A DNA stretch of 63,836 nt, counting the filler, from Rhizaria sp. SCN 62-66 (lineage: Eukaryota): the NCBI GenBank assembly GCA_001724265.1. It is 5 parts of 5 records of this genome, joined end to end, with 100 filler letters (N's around TTAATTAATTAA, not from the genome) between each part and the next. Parts side by side here need not be neighbours in the genome. Positions count along the whole stretch, not along the records: positions 40,439 to 53,278 come from MEDY01000530.1; positions 53,379 to 63,836 come from MEDY01000556.1; 3 more parts are not named here. The stretch is one strand, 5' to 3'. Both the position numbers and the translations under genes were made by a program. The notes under the pieces are model-generated. The model ran no database searches, was not told where the DNA came from, and worked only from the letters and a program-made list of their open reading frames with translations. Positions 47,515 through 60,400 of this stretch are shown here, piece by piece (position 1 is the first letter of the stretch; each line of letters starts with the position of its first letter).

Positions 47515-50500
47515 ATGCAGATTCTGCATCGCCTGGCCTTGGGCAGCTTGCTGCTCTTGGCAGCCTTCCTCGGCTCCGCGACGGCTGCCGACCCAGCTCC
47601 CTTTGAGTCTTCCACCCACGCGTCGCTACCTAACATCCCGATTCTGCCCGTTGCGTCCGGCTACGCGTTTAGCACGCTCACGCTCGACTGCTCGCCTGCG
47701 CTGGCCGCGGTTGATGACGCCTTTTACCTGTTTGATTCGACCACTGCTGGCTACACGGCTGCTGTACCCGATGTCAGCGAGAGCGAGGCTGTGTCGGGCT
47801 GGACCCGTTATACTTTCCACATTGGCACTCAGGTATGGACATCGTTCGCTGTGTCGCTCTCACATTCACTGCCTCGCATCTCGATGCCGATTTGAGTGTG
47901 TGAATACTTGACTCGAGTCATTGACTTTACTTGTTGTGTATCGAGACCATCCAATTCGATTATTGCATATGTCTAACCTTTTCTTCCGTCGTTCGCTGTT
48001 GTTTATTCTGCGCACTCTTTCTTCTTCCTCTTCTCAACAACGTACTTTAGGACGGTCTCATCATCCTGCACCGTGAGAACCTCAGCTGCGTCCAGTACTC
48101 TGCCACCGACGCCGCCGTCGTCGCCTTCTCTGGCGCCATCCCGCATACCCCCGCGGCGTACGACATCGTCATCGAGGAAGTCGACACGCGCACCCGCATT
48201 GTCGTGCGCCCCACCGGCGCGCTTCCCTTCATCTCAAAGGCGGACTCTTTCACCGTAACCGTCGTCCCCACCGTCCCGGGCGCTGCGTACCTCCCTGCCG
48301 CGTCCTGCGGCACCCAGTTCGTCGCTGACTCGGCCGTCAAGATCACCCCCGCCGCGCACGCCCTCAACACGGTCTCGTTCTCGGCCGCCGCTGACGCCGA
48401 TGCCTCGGCTCCCATCGTCTTCTACTGCGCCGCTCGCGCGGACTCGGCCGTCGTCAAGGCCGCCGCGTCAACCGCGGTGACCACGGTCACCGTCGGCGAT
48501 CAGGACGTCGTCACGACGTTCATCCTCGGCAACACCGCCTCTTCCCCGGTTCGCTTTGCGTACCTCCCCGCCTCTGCACTCACTACTGTCACCACCGCTG
48601 CCGGCGACATGGCCGTTTCTCTCCCCACGCCTCTGCGTGGCTCCGTCGGCTTCACCCTCGCCTCCCGCGCCACCGCCGGCGGCGTCCCGGCCCGTCTGGC
48701 CTGGGTCAAGGCCAGCGGCGCCGTCTCCTCCCCCGTCGCCCTCAGCTTCACGTCCAATTTGCCCGCGTCGTCGTTGATGATCGCCACTCTGACCGCGCCC
48801 TCCGACGCCGTCGCCTTCACGCTGCTCGCGCATACCATCGCGCCCTTTTTCGTCTACAACCTCGGCCTCTCGCAGGCGTACAGCGCGGTTGAGGGCTCTG
48901 CCGCGCTCGAGAGCACGTACGTGCCGCACTACGACGTCGTCATCGCCAATAGCTCGTACATCCGGATCGCGGTCAAGCACGATAACAAGTGCGTCGCCGA
49001 CCAGTCCACCGAGTTTTCGTTCTCTGATTCTACGCACGTCAGCGTTCTCGCTGCCCAGACGAGCTGCAAGCTGTACGCCGACGGCGCGCTCATCTCCGGT
49101 TTTTTCCCTGTCAACTATGGCGCCAATATTGCGCTCACACTTACGCTGCCCTTCGCCGCTTACGCGTCGTGCCCTTCTCTGCTCGAGGTCTCCTGTGGCG
49201 CCACTGCGGCCTTTGCCGCCAACGGCGTCGCGGCGGGCACTGTTTCGCTCGTCCTCAACGGCGTCTCCGTTGTCACCGCGACTTCGTGGAATATGACCAA
49301 CTTTGACACCGCTGAGCTGACGTTCCGATCGTACTTCAACAAGGCCCTCTCGCGCTCGTTCGTGCCTGAGCTGTCGACCGCGGCCGAGATCGAGACCGCC
49401 ACCGACGCGCTCGGCGGTTACTCCGTCGTGTCGTTGCCGTATACCCTCGCCGTCAGCGCTGCCAGCACCAACACTTTTTCGGTCCAGAGCGTTACCTCGC
49501 CGGTCAAGATCTACGGTGAGTACCCGGTCATCAAGCTCGTGTGCAGCAATGATAACGCCGCTGGCACCGCGCCCGCGCTGAGCCTTGTCGGTATTGTCAA
49601 TGCGGACGGAACGGATATGGAGGTGATCTCTCCCGAGTGGACCATGGCGGCCAACGGCCTTGACTCGAGTGCCACTTTCGTGGTCGGACAGGTACGACTA
49701 ATTAACGCAATTGAATCACATGTTCATATAATTATTTGAATAACCTTTCTAGCTATTTATTATTTTATTTTAAAGTTGAGATTCATCCATCGTACTCACT
49801 TACATCTCCTTTTATATTATTTCTCCTGTTTTTACTACTGCACTGTCATGTAGGCCTCTGGTCTCGTGTTCCTGACGCACTTCAGCGACGCCGACTGCGC
49901 CATCCTGCCCTCGTCGCAGCCCGACTACGTCGGTGTCGCCCTGGCGTACATCACCAGCACTCCTCACCTGCCTCTGCGCCTCGCGGTCACCCTCGCCGGC
50001 ACGACCCCTTCGGCCGCCGCGACCACGCTCACGGTCACCCCGCTCGACCGTTTCACCGTGCTCGACCCTTATGTGCGGTTCTCGATCCCCTTCCTCACCA
50101 AGGTCTCCGCCGCCGCCCCCGCCATTTCCTCCGACCTGCTTAAGTCCGATGCCACCGCCGCCCACGCCGCCTTCGACCTGGGCTTCAAGTCCGCTTTCGT
50201 GGTTGCCCAGCAGGCCCCCAACGGCGTCCTGACCGTCGGCACCAGCTCGTTCGCGCTCGCGTCGACCGCTAACACGCGTCTGCGTCTCATCGTGACGGTG
50301 GACTCGGTCACCGCCGCCAACGTCGGCCTCGAAGACTCTGCCCTCGGCGGCGACATTACGTTCTCGTACTCGATGCTGCCGCAGCGCGCGAACCTGCTAC
50401 CTCTGCGCCAGAGCATCTACAACTGGGTGCTTTCCTATGAGCTCGACACGCTCGTTCGCGGCGCCTTCCCCGTCTTTACCGTGAACCTCAACTACAACGC

Positions 50501-53278
50501 TGCTGGCGTCATCTCGGACGTCAACAACAATGTGCGTGTTCCGGGACAGATCCAGTTCTCGTTCCCGATGGGCGACGCCAACTCGCTGCTGCGCTTCGAG
50601 GCCGGACTCCCCGTCTACTGCGAGTCGCCCCAGGGCATCGTGTGCTCGGTCAACACGGCCACCGGCGTCGTGTCGCTCGGCCAGAACTTCCCTTCCCTGC
50701 CCATCGGCGCCGAGAGCTCTGAGCAGGAGATCGCTCGTTTCCGCAACTACCAGGTCCGTCTCTTCGGCGCGCGCCTCGCCGGCACCGCCTTCACGCTCAC
50801 CCCGGGCTCCGCGCTGCCCCCCGTCGCGGCTGACATCGGCGTGGCCCTGTCCGCGCCCTCCGCGGCAACCGCAGGCGCGCAGTCGCCTCTCGCCGTGGAC
50901 CGCGATTCCCACCCCGTCCCCGTCTACGTGCTCCCCGCGGCCGCCGTCAACATGGGCTCCACCCTGGCGCTCATCTGCCCCCACAGCGACGACCTGACGA
51001 CCGCCGGTGTCGTCCTCTACGACGGCGCATTCGCCACCAAGCCTGTTGCCGTCGAGACCAACACTGAGCTGTCGTCGCTCTTCCCGGGCTCTGCCATCGC
51101 CGTCACGTTCGTCGACCTTGCGTCTGCCAAGGCCTTCGCGCTGTTCACGCACCGCCAGCAGACGTGCCTGGCGCGCTTCCTCCGCTCTAGAGCGGACTTC
51201 GTCACCGACGACTCGTCGGCTGCGTTCCCGCTGTTTACCGTGCAGCACCTCCAGTCGGCCACCATCACTGTTGCCAACGCCGCCGCTGCTACTGCCCCCG
51301 CGCCCGCGGGCGACACCGACGCCCCCGCGAAGCCCGTTCTGGCGATGTCCGCGCCTGTCGCGACTGAGACCGTGACCGTGACAGTGTCCCCGCAGTTCAG
51401 CTACACGTTCTTCTCCCGCGGTGACTCTTTCACTCTCTCCGGCCCCTTCTTCGTCCACGCCCCCGTCATCTGCGCCGCTGTCGGTTCTTCCGCCCGCATC
51501 GGCGTCACCGCTGCCGTGACCAACGATGCCGGCCTCCGCATCGAGCTCGGTTCCAACACTTTCCCCGGCGAGGCCTTCGCTGTCGCGTGCACTGGCGTCT
51601 CCGTCGCTGCCGCCCACAACAACAACAACAACGCTGTTGTTCCAGTCGCGGGTGTGTTTGCGCCTGTCGCCGGCACCAAGCTGTCCTTCACGGTCCGCTC
51701 CCACGCGTCCTCGCTCTTCACCCTCAATACCGTCGCCCTGTTGCCGTATGCCGCCCCTGTGCCCGTGCTGCCCGCGTCAACCTTCGCCCTCACGCTCGCG
51801 ACTCCGTACGCCGACACCGAGACCGAGGTTTTGCTGCAGCTCACCGCGCTGCCCGGCAAGCTTGTCGCGGGCGACCGCGTGACCGTTGCATTCCCCGCCG
51901 CCGTCTACGTCCCCATCCTCCCCACCCAGGGCTCGGTCGCCTGCTCCACCGTGAACGCGGGCGCTGAGGTCGCGCTCACGGTCACCAAGGCTGGCGAGGC
52001 CCAGTTCGCCGTCGTCGCGGGTGTCGTCGCCAAGGACGCCACACTCACTTGCGGTCCCGTTCGCACTGCGCCTGGCGTGTACTCCGGCCTGGACGCCGCC
52101 GCGCCCGTCGCGGCCGTCACGGTCCGCGGCCTCGTCAACGGAAAGTACGTCCATATTCTCTGTTTCGCAAATTAAGGCTAAACTATGTTTACATTTCATT
52201 AATTAAACTATTTTTCCTGCTCTTTTACTCACTTATTGACTTTTTTGTGTGTTTTATTACCGCTCAATTCGCTCTGTTTAGGCTTTCGACCCGCGCTACC
52301 GCCGCTGGCGTCGCCCTTCCCGCCCTGACTCTGCTGCCTGACGCGCTCGAGCTCAGCTCCGCCTCCATTGCCCCCGCCACGGGCTCCGTGTTCATCGCCG
52401 GCAAGCAGGACGAGACCCTGCTCGTGACCCTCCCCGCGCTGCCCGTCGCGCTCCCCGCCGGCGCTGAGATCGCCGTCACCGCTGCTTTGCTCCGTGACGC
52501 CGACATCGCGTGCGCTGTCCTCGGCGACTTTGCGACCGCTTTCCCGGCCGTCAAGGTCGACGGAAGCACCGGCAAGGTCTCCGCGAGCGCGATCACCGCT
52601 GTCCCCGCCTCCGCCAAGGCGATCGTCATCCGCTGCGAGAACGTTGACATCCCCAGCAAGTTCGCCGCCGCCTCCGCCGCCGCGGGCTCGTTTGCGGTCA
52701 CCGCGACGGCGTCGCTGGCCCCGCGCCAGTACGTCCTGGCCAAGGGCGCTGTCTCCGCCGCCGCCATCCGCGGCTCCGGCTCCGTCAGCTCGTCTTTCTC
52801 GGCGGCCGCTGTCGGCGAGGCTGGCAAGATGAAGTTCCTCTTCTCGGACATGGCTGTGTTCAACTACAAGTCCTGGCTCTGGGGCTCGCTGTTTGACGGC
52901 TACAAGATCGAGAAGCTGCCCAACATGGAGCTTGAGTTCGAGGTCGCGCTGCCCGCGACTGTCAAGCCCCTCGCGTCCGGCTTCAGCTGCGTCATGGATC
53001 CTTACTCCATCCAGCTCCCTGGCGTCACTGTCTCCCTTGCCTCTGTCAACGTCGCGGCCAATACCTTCCGCTTTAAGACCGTCGGCCCCATTGACGGCGA
53101 CGGCCTCGCTGTCGTCTGCGCCAACCTTGTCGCTGCCGCCTCCGCGCCTCACGTCGCCGCCCCCGTTGTCACTGCCTATGTCGCCGGCGTCGCCGAGCCC
53201 ATCTTCCAGGCTGTCCACTCTGGCCGCGCCACCTACGCCCCCTTCGCCCCCGTCGGTGCTGCCGAGGTTGCTGCGTCG
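47515..53278 (+). CDS. Large secreted/surface Ala-Val-Thr-Ser-rich protein, 3'-partial, >1749 aa; join(47515..47832,48051..49691,49854..52144,52282..>53278)
   Basis: Signal peptide MQILHRLALGSLLLLAAFLGSATAA. Three phase-compatible introns. Beta-strand-like alternating pattern with spaced Cys pairs. Strong GC3 bias. No family recognised. Confidence 0.82.
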
Positions 53279-53378
53279 NNNNNNNNNNNNNNNNNNNNNN
53301 NNNNNNNNNNNNNNNNNNNNNNTTAATTAATTAANNNNNNNNNNNNNNNNNNNNNNNNNNNNNNNNNNNNNNNNNNNN
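53279..53378. other. Artificial contig spacer
   Basis: N44-TTAATTAATTAA-N44. Confidence 0.98.
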
Positions 53379-53733
53379 TCTTTGCCGCGTATGCGTACCG
53401 GCGTACTGCATCGACAATGACGAACAAAACGACTTGCGTGCAACCCGCGATCACTTTTTCGCATGCGTCCTTGCATTCTTTTCTGCCTTCTAAATAAATT
53501 TTGTTCAATTCGGACTTTGTTTTCGATTGAGTAACTGACTGGTGATGTGTGTGCAAATGATCACATCATGGCTAACTTGAACTGACTATATTCTGAACTA
53601 TAATAAACCTAACCCAGCGGTATGTAGATTGTGTTTGGTTTAGTTGTGCAAATATCTCGTTCTGTATTCGATCAGATTTGATTGGATGATGAGTCTTCTG
53701 GCGGATTCTTCAAACGTGATCTTGGATTAACAT

Positions 53734-53865
53734 TGAGATATTGACCATAAGGATGAGCTGATGTGGGTCGCGGGTGACACGGCCGGCCGGGCTAATCGGC
53801 CCATAGTGGAGCGGAGGTCAGTGGTGTCAAATTTTTGATTTAGAAGTGCGATGATAGTGAGCCCA
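53734..53865 (+). repeat. Dispersed repeat, copy 2
   Basis: Homologous to 31127-31302. Confidence 0.85.
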
Positions 53866-54401
53866 CTTCCGAGTGCGCGTCTTGCACTCGACTGTTGAAG
53901 TATGGACTATTTTCTTGGTTTTTTTTATTTAGTATTTGCTAAAAAGAGCTTTTTATTGACTGACCATGTTTTGTTGTTGCATGTTCAGGTGTGCATTCAC
54001 TCGGGCCTTCTGAGGCAAATGTACAGCAAACATTAAGCTTTAGCTTAGTGACTTGGCTAATACACATTACTCGTTTCCTACGGCGGCTGGACCGACTCCT
54101 TGCTCCCTCTGATCGAGTTTTATGACGCTTTCAAACACGACGCACATGTTTTGATTGTTGAAATGTAATCACGTATTTTTCTGTATTAGTGTGGAAGTTT
54201 ATAATAATAATTGCCATATTCCGCAATTCTTTCTCACGCTCCCAATTCTTTACTCTTTTTCTTGGCATGTTCCGTGTGCTTATTGGTCCCCGGAAGCTCT
54301 TCAAACTCGTGGTCTCCTGACACAAACTGACGTACTTTCAAGAAACTGATTTGTGCGAGAAGTAAACAAGTATACTGTTTTATTGACACTTGCGTACCAT
54401 C

Positions 54402-57400
54402 ATGATATTGCGTGGGTGCCTCGCAATTCTCCACTTTTTGGTGGCAGTATGCATCCTTGACATCCTTCACCCAAGCCTTGTGGTTGCGTCGACTCCTCGG
54501 CCCTCTCCTCTCAGGTCGCTGCTGCACCAGCAATCGCCATAGCCAGCCACATTACACCCCAGCTTTGATGCTTCTCTGTCCCCAAAACTACCGTTGATGC
54601 CAGATAACACTGGTGCCGACAGCGCTGCCCCGCGCGCCACTCACGTCGTCGTCGCAAGCAACCCGCTCGCTGTTGTTGCTGCGCCTGGATGGCCGCTGCC
54701 TGCTGCGACGCTGTACGACGACAGTGAAGACGCTGACATGAACACCTTCGAGTTGAATGACAGCGGTATGTAGGCATTTGTGACTACCGCTGTCTCTGGG
54801 CGCGCGCCCGACTTGGGAAACGACTACCTCGCGCACCCAGAAGCGCGTCAACACCACGCTGGACTGTTCTTTTCACCACAAGCAGCAACGCAAGCTCAGG
54901 TCTACGAGGTCCGCCTGATTGCAACCTACACGTCGGCTATCCAGAATCCTAATATTCAGCCCCCACTCATTCCTCTTGTCATAAAACTATGGAGTTTCCA
55001 CGCAACTGTTGCCTGCGCGGGCTGTACTTCGATCGTCTTGACCAACTTCGCATCCACAACTTACTTAACCAGTGCGTCTAGCCTTGTTATATCGGCATCC
55101 GAACTAGGTACGTGCGCAGATCTTGTCGCTGTCTCGTTTTCACTGTTATTGCGAAAAGAATATTGTGAATATTGGTGTTAGAATCCGGCAGCACGGAAGC
55201 CGCGGGCACACCCAGAAAGCGGCGCGGACACGGCATCCGCAGTCGAAGCCGCAGCAGCAGCGGCAGCGGCCGCGGAGGCCAGCGCGGCGGCCCTCGCAGG
55301 CGTCATGCTAAGCTGCGCGTGCGCGGTGGGGCGCGAAGGGGTGGTGAATGTACTGTACAGTGAAGCCGCCCTGGAGCGCGCGTGAGGGCACGAGGCGGCG
55401 CGCGGGCGTCATCATGCGGTACGCGCAGCGCCGTGGGCGACGCCTGCATCGGGTTTGCGCCAGCGTTCGCGCTTGAGTCCGCGCTCAGCCGCAGCGTCAG
55501 CAACGTTGTGAGCGTGCCTCTTGTCAACGTGCGACTCATAATCTTTGATCTTACTGAACCATCTGAACCACCTGATCTTCTTTCTCTTTTTTTCACCTCG
55601 CTAAACGCGTTTTAATGCGCAAATAGGCTGTTCGAGCGGTGCTGGCACCGGTTCTGGTACTTACACTGCTGTAACGTACACAGGTTGCACAGGAATGACT
55701 TTCGGCGCGACGCGATTCACAACGACCCCATTTTCACAAACTGTCAGTGCTTCTCACCTCTTGAGTGAGACCTGCGACAACGCAGTGTACACGCAACCAC
55801 TAGCGGCAGCTTCTTCAATCACGTTTGGCGGCGTTAAACACAGTGGTGCGACACCAGCGTCGACTTCGGGTATATACCGAATTAGTGTGCACGCGACGTC
55901 TCTGCGCTCTGACACCAGCGATCCAACAACGGCAAGGGCCATCACGTTCGAGCTGGCCGTGCGCGACTTTGTTACAAGCGGGATTGAGACGACAATGACC
56001 TCAGTGATCAGTGGATACACTCTGAACTACGCGTATCTGTACCTTCAGCTTGGGCCGTCTGGGGTGATCAGCGTCGCTTCGCCTCCTGTTGCTGTTGTTG
56101 CCCCTGATCTGTACACTTCTTTCGATACTGCACTCTCTTTCTCGGGGGTTCTGAGCGCTGTAACAGCTATTGGAGGCTACAATACGTATCGTATTACTTA
56201 CACAGGAGCGCGCCCCTACTCTTTCAGTGGAAACACACGGCTTATCTTCCGTTTCACTGCGCTGTTCAATAGTGTGGCCTACAGTGCTCGCGCACTTGAT
56301 GTGCGAGCTAAGTTTGCATTCATGACGACGGCAGAGATCGCGGCTCTGTCACCTATGGCCCATTTCGCTTGTCCCAGCGCGTCTGGCAGCTCGGGACGCA
56401 GTTACACAGCCGCTCAAACAGAGATTACTGTGGAAGGACAGACGATGACGGGCACCTCTGGAGCATCCGACATTCACACTGTGATCTTCACAACTTGGAA
56501 GGGCGCTGGTGTCAATACGGAGCTTGCATCAAATGGGAGCCCTTTTGTTGGAACGCTTACTCTCTCATCCGGTTCAATGCAGTTTACATCAACTTCTGCG
56601 ATCGACGTAGCCGGCTGCTGGACACTCGGGTTCGTGACCGGTCAACTGCGCTTTAGCTGCAATGCCGGCACTAATCTCGGTTCAAATGAGGTTGCAATCA
56701 AAGTTACCGGAGTTCTGGTGCCGACGGGCTCGTCGCAAGTCACGATTCCTGCAGAAGCGCTGGTTTTTTATCTCACCACAACAAGCACAACCACGACCCC
56801 GATGACATATGCGACGAGCCGCTCGACAACAATTTTAGCGAAAGTGTCTGCCATGGCCTTCACTTACACCGCCACGGCGTTTGCTATCAAGCCCGTGGCG
56901 AGTGACTTTGCTCAGACGGAAACCTTCGTCTCAGCAACACTGGCTATTGTCCGCGGCGAGAGCTTTACTACGAGCTCTGTGCTTTATCTCGCTACTGGCA
57001 TCTCATCCTGCTTTGACTTTTCAAGTGTTACGGTCTCTGGTCAGTGCGTTGTTAGCGGCACGCCAAGCAGCAGCTTGGTGTCTTTTAAATTTACAAGCAG
57101 CTTTTCTCTTGATGTGACTGCGTCGATTTCTTGTTCATTCGCCAACCTAAAGATTCTTCATAATAACGCAATAGCCCGCGTGACAGCCCAGGACCCGTAT
57201 ACCTTGCTGCCAAATGCGATTATGCTGCGCACTCCAGGCCTTCCCAGCGGAATCCCCGCTAAAACAAACATCGTCGCACGCCCGTCTGGCGCCGTTCCCT
57301 ATTTTTGGCATATTGGAGCCGTGGGCCGCTCGTTAGTGCGTGGTGCGACTTTGTTGACACGCACAATGCAGATTCAGACAATGCTGTATATCTACATGTC

Positions 57401-60400
57401 GGCACCAAGCTCGGTCACATTTTATTATACCATCGCGCTCAACGGTGCGTGTTCGGGTTTAGGACTCTCCGGTGGATCAAATAGTGTTGCGACTGATTCT
57501 GCAACAACGTACCGTGTCACAACAACGGGTGCGACGATCTACTTCACGTTTGACGCCGACACGTTTGATTACTATCCCATCAAACCTTCGACGTGTCTTA
57601 CAGTGAGCTCATCCACAGGTACCGTCGCCCGCGCTGGTGACATCCAGATTTCATATGTCTCAACAACGCTACCATTCGACTTTGCCATCTACCCGGTGGC
57701 CGCTCAGCTCTCCAGCACTGTCAACCCACGCGACGCAGATCACTCCACAGCGCCGGTCGATATAGACTGGGAAATTGTGATTTATGCTCATATGGCGCTT
57801 TCCTCCTGGGCGTTCACCATCTCGACGCAATCGGCAATGGCATCAACGCTTGTTTTCATCTCGGGGATGACGACAAAAGCGCGTCTTACCGCAAAGTACA
57901 CGGAGCTATCATGCACGCTCACGCAAATAAGCGCGTCGAGTCTCCAGCTTTCTAGCTGTGGCAGTATTGCCAACGACGGCAGTGGCAAGTTCACCCCACG
58001 TGTCTTGCGCTTTGGTGCAACCCGAGCAACGTACGCCAACTATATGACAATCTTTCAAACGTACACAACAGCGACTGGTGTACTCGCTTCGCACAGCGTG
58101 AAATCTGGCATTGTTCAGCAGAACACTGTTGTGACTGATGAGAGCATCTTTATTGCTAACTCGCTACCGAATGTTGTTCCGATGTTGTGGACCAAGGACG
58201 TTATCTCGGCAAACGTTGTGAACCCGACGACCACGACACCCACTGTCACAGCAATTACAAACCAGAATTACTTCTTCAAGGTTTTTTTCTTTAAAGCCAT
58301 CACAACGACCACCGTCACTTACTCGTACAGTGCTTCCACCGCGCACGTGGGCACGCCAACAACGGCTGGTTCATGTTCTTTGCTGACTGCAGGAAAAGTT
58401 ACATGTGTGTCAACGGCGACTGTGAAGATGCCCGTCTCTTTTCGCTCAACGTTTGTCATTGCCTATGAGAAGGCATCGTTCGCCAAGACCGACTTCACGT
58501 TTCCTATGACTTACACGTACGCACTAGGTGGTGCTAGCAGCGCTACAGCAAACGCGTTTACGACTGACACATTGGATTTTGCGTACAGCACTACTGTGCC
58601 ATACGCGTTTCATGTGCTGATAACGAACCATACCTGGGTCAGCAGTGATCTTACAGCAACGTTGCAGCTCTATATTTTCCCGCTCACCGCCCAGGTAGAC
58701 ACGAGCACAATCACCGTGCGCAGTGACTGTGGCGCTTACCAGGGCGCAGGCAAGGCAGTTACGTATCAGAACCTCGCAGGCATGTGTGCACCATCGCCAA
58801 TCACGTCTGTGGGAGTCACAACAAGTTGTCTTCCAACACCGCAGCCCAAGTACTTGGCTTATAAGATTGCTTCGGGTTACTTTCTCGACGACGCCGAGTA
58901 CTCGCCCTTTTTCGCTAATGAGACGCTCATCAACAAGTGTTTCAGTCTTGTGACTGCGACACCCGCGACCATCTACCCACTGCACGACGTTCCGCTTGGA
59001 CACATCCCTTATATTATGGTCACATATTCAGCGACTGCTTTTGCGATTACGCCCGCATCAAATCCGCTGCAAGTGGTGACAACAGTCTCGGGCACGTTTA
59101 CCATCACTAGTGCAGAGGCCGTGACGACGTCTGATATACTATCTTTTGTGTCTGTGGCGAACTCGCTTATCTTCACCGCAGCAACACTCTCTGAAGACTG
59201 TGTTTTGTCTGGCACCCCCAGTGCGACGCAGATCTCCTTTACATCAAAAAAGGCGATTTCGCAAGGTGTGCCCAAGGTGCTCACTTGCACTGTTTCAGGT
59301 ATGACTGTGACTTATGCAAACACACCATCGCGTGTCACTGCTACTGACCCGTACATTTTGCTGCGCACTGCGGTCGTTCTCCGCTCACCTTCAAACCCCA
59401 CCGTGGGGGCCGCACTGGCGGCCAACATCGAACTGCGCGTGGCTGCGACGCCAAAGTACTACTGGCACTTTACGTCGCCGGACCGCAAAATCACCACGGG
59501 CTCCGTCATAGCAGCGACGCGCAACCTGTGGGCGCAGTTGCAGCTCTATGTTTACCCGTCCACTCCGGCCGCAGGATCCTTCGCGTACAGTTTTATTGTG
59601 AAAACAGCTACCTGTGCGGGACTGACGCTCACGGCTGGTGTTGGCACGGTGGCACTTGATTCGACGACAGTGTATCGCTCGACAGTCGTTTCCAATCTGT
59701 CAGTGGAGTTCGATGTTACAAATACGGCTTTCTACCCATTGAGCCCCTCAATTTGTTTTACTGTGACAAGCTCGTCTGGCTCCGTAGCGCAAGCCGGAGG
59801 CACAAGCATTGCGCTGAGTGGATTCGCATCGCGCCCGCTCGACTTTGTGTTCTATCCAGTGCGCGCAAGTCTAAGCTCCGGTATTGACCTTAGCGTCACG
59901 ACTCATGGCTCCGCTTCTGTCGACCTTGAGTATGAAGTCATTCTGTATGCGCACACAGCATTTGCAGCCAACTGGGCGTTCACGCTGACCATGCAGAGCG
60001 AGATTGCGCCGCGTGCTGCGATCGCGACCGGCACTGCCGCGACCGCATCCTACACTGCAGGCACTGGGCTCACCAAGGTCACGTGCACAGTCAGCCGCAC
60101 CAGCGCGACTGTGGCAGCCGTGAGCAACTGCGACGCTATCAGCGGTTCGAATTACTATTTCGCACCGCGTGTGTTCCGCTTTGGACCCGTGACTTCGACG
60201 TACGCCAACTATCTGTCTATGTTTAAGACCTACACCACGACTGAGGGCGCGCTTGCAACAGTCTCCAGCGTCAGTGTTCCACAGCAAAATACTGATCAAT
60301 CCGACAATACGATTATTGCCGCAAACTCAAAGCCCAGCGCTGTTATTGCACTCTACTCCACTCGCGTTACAAATGCAACAGTTATTGGCGCCACTACGCT

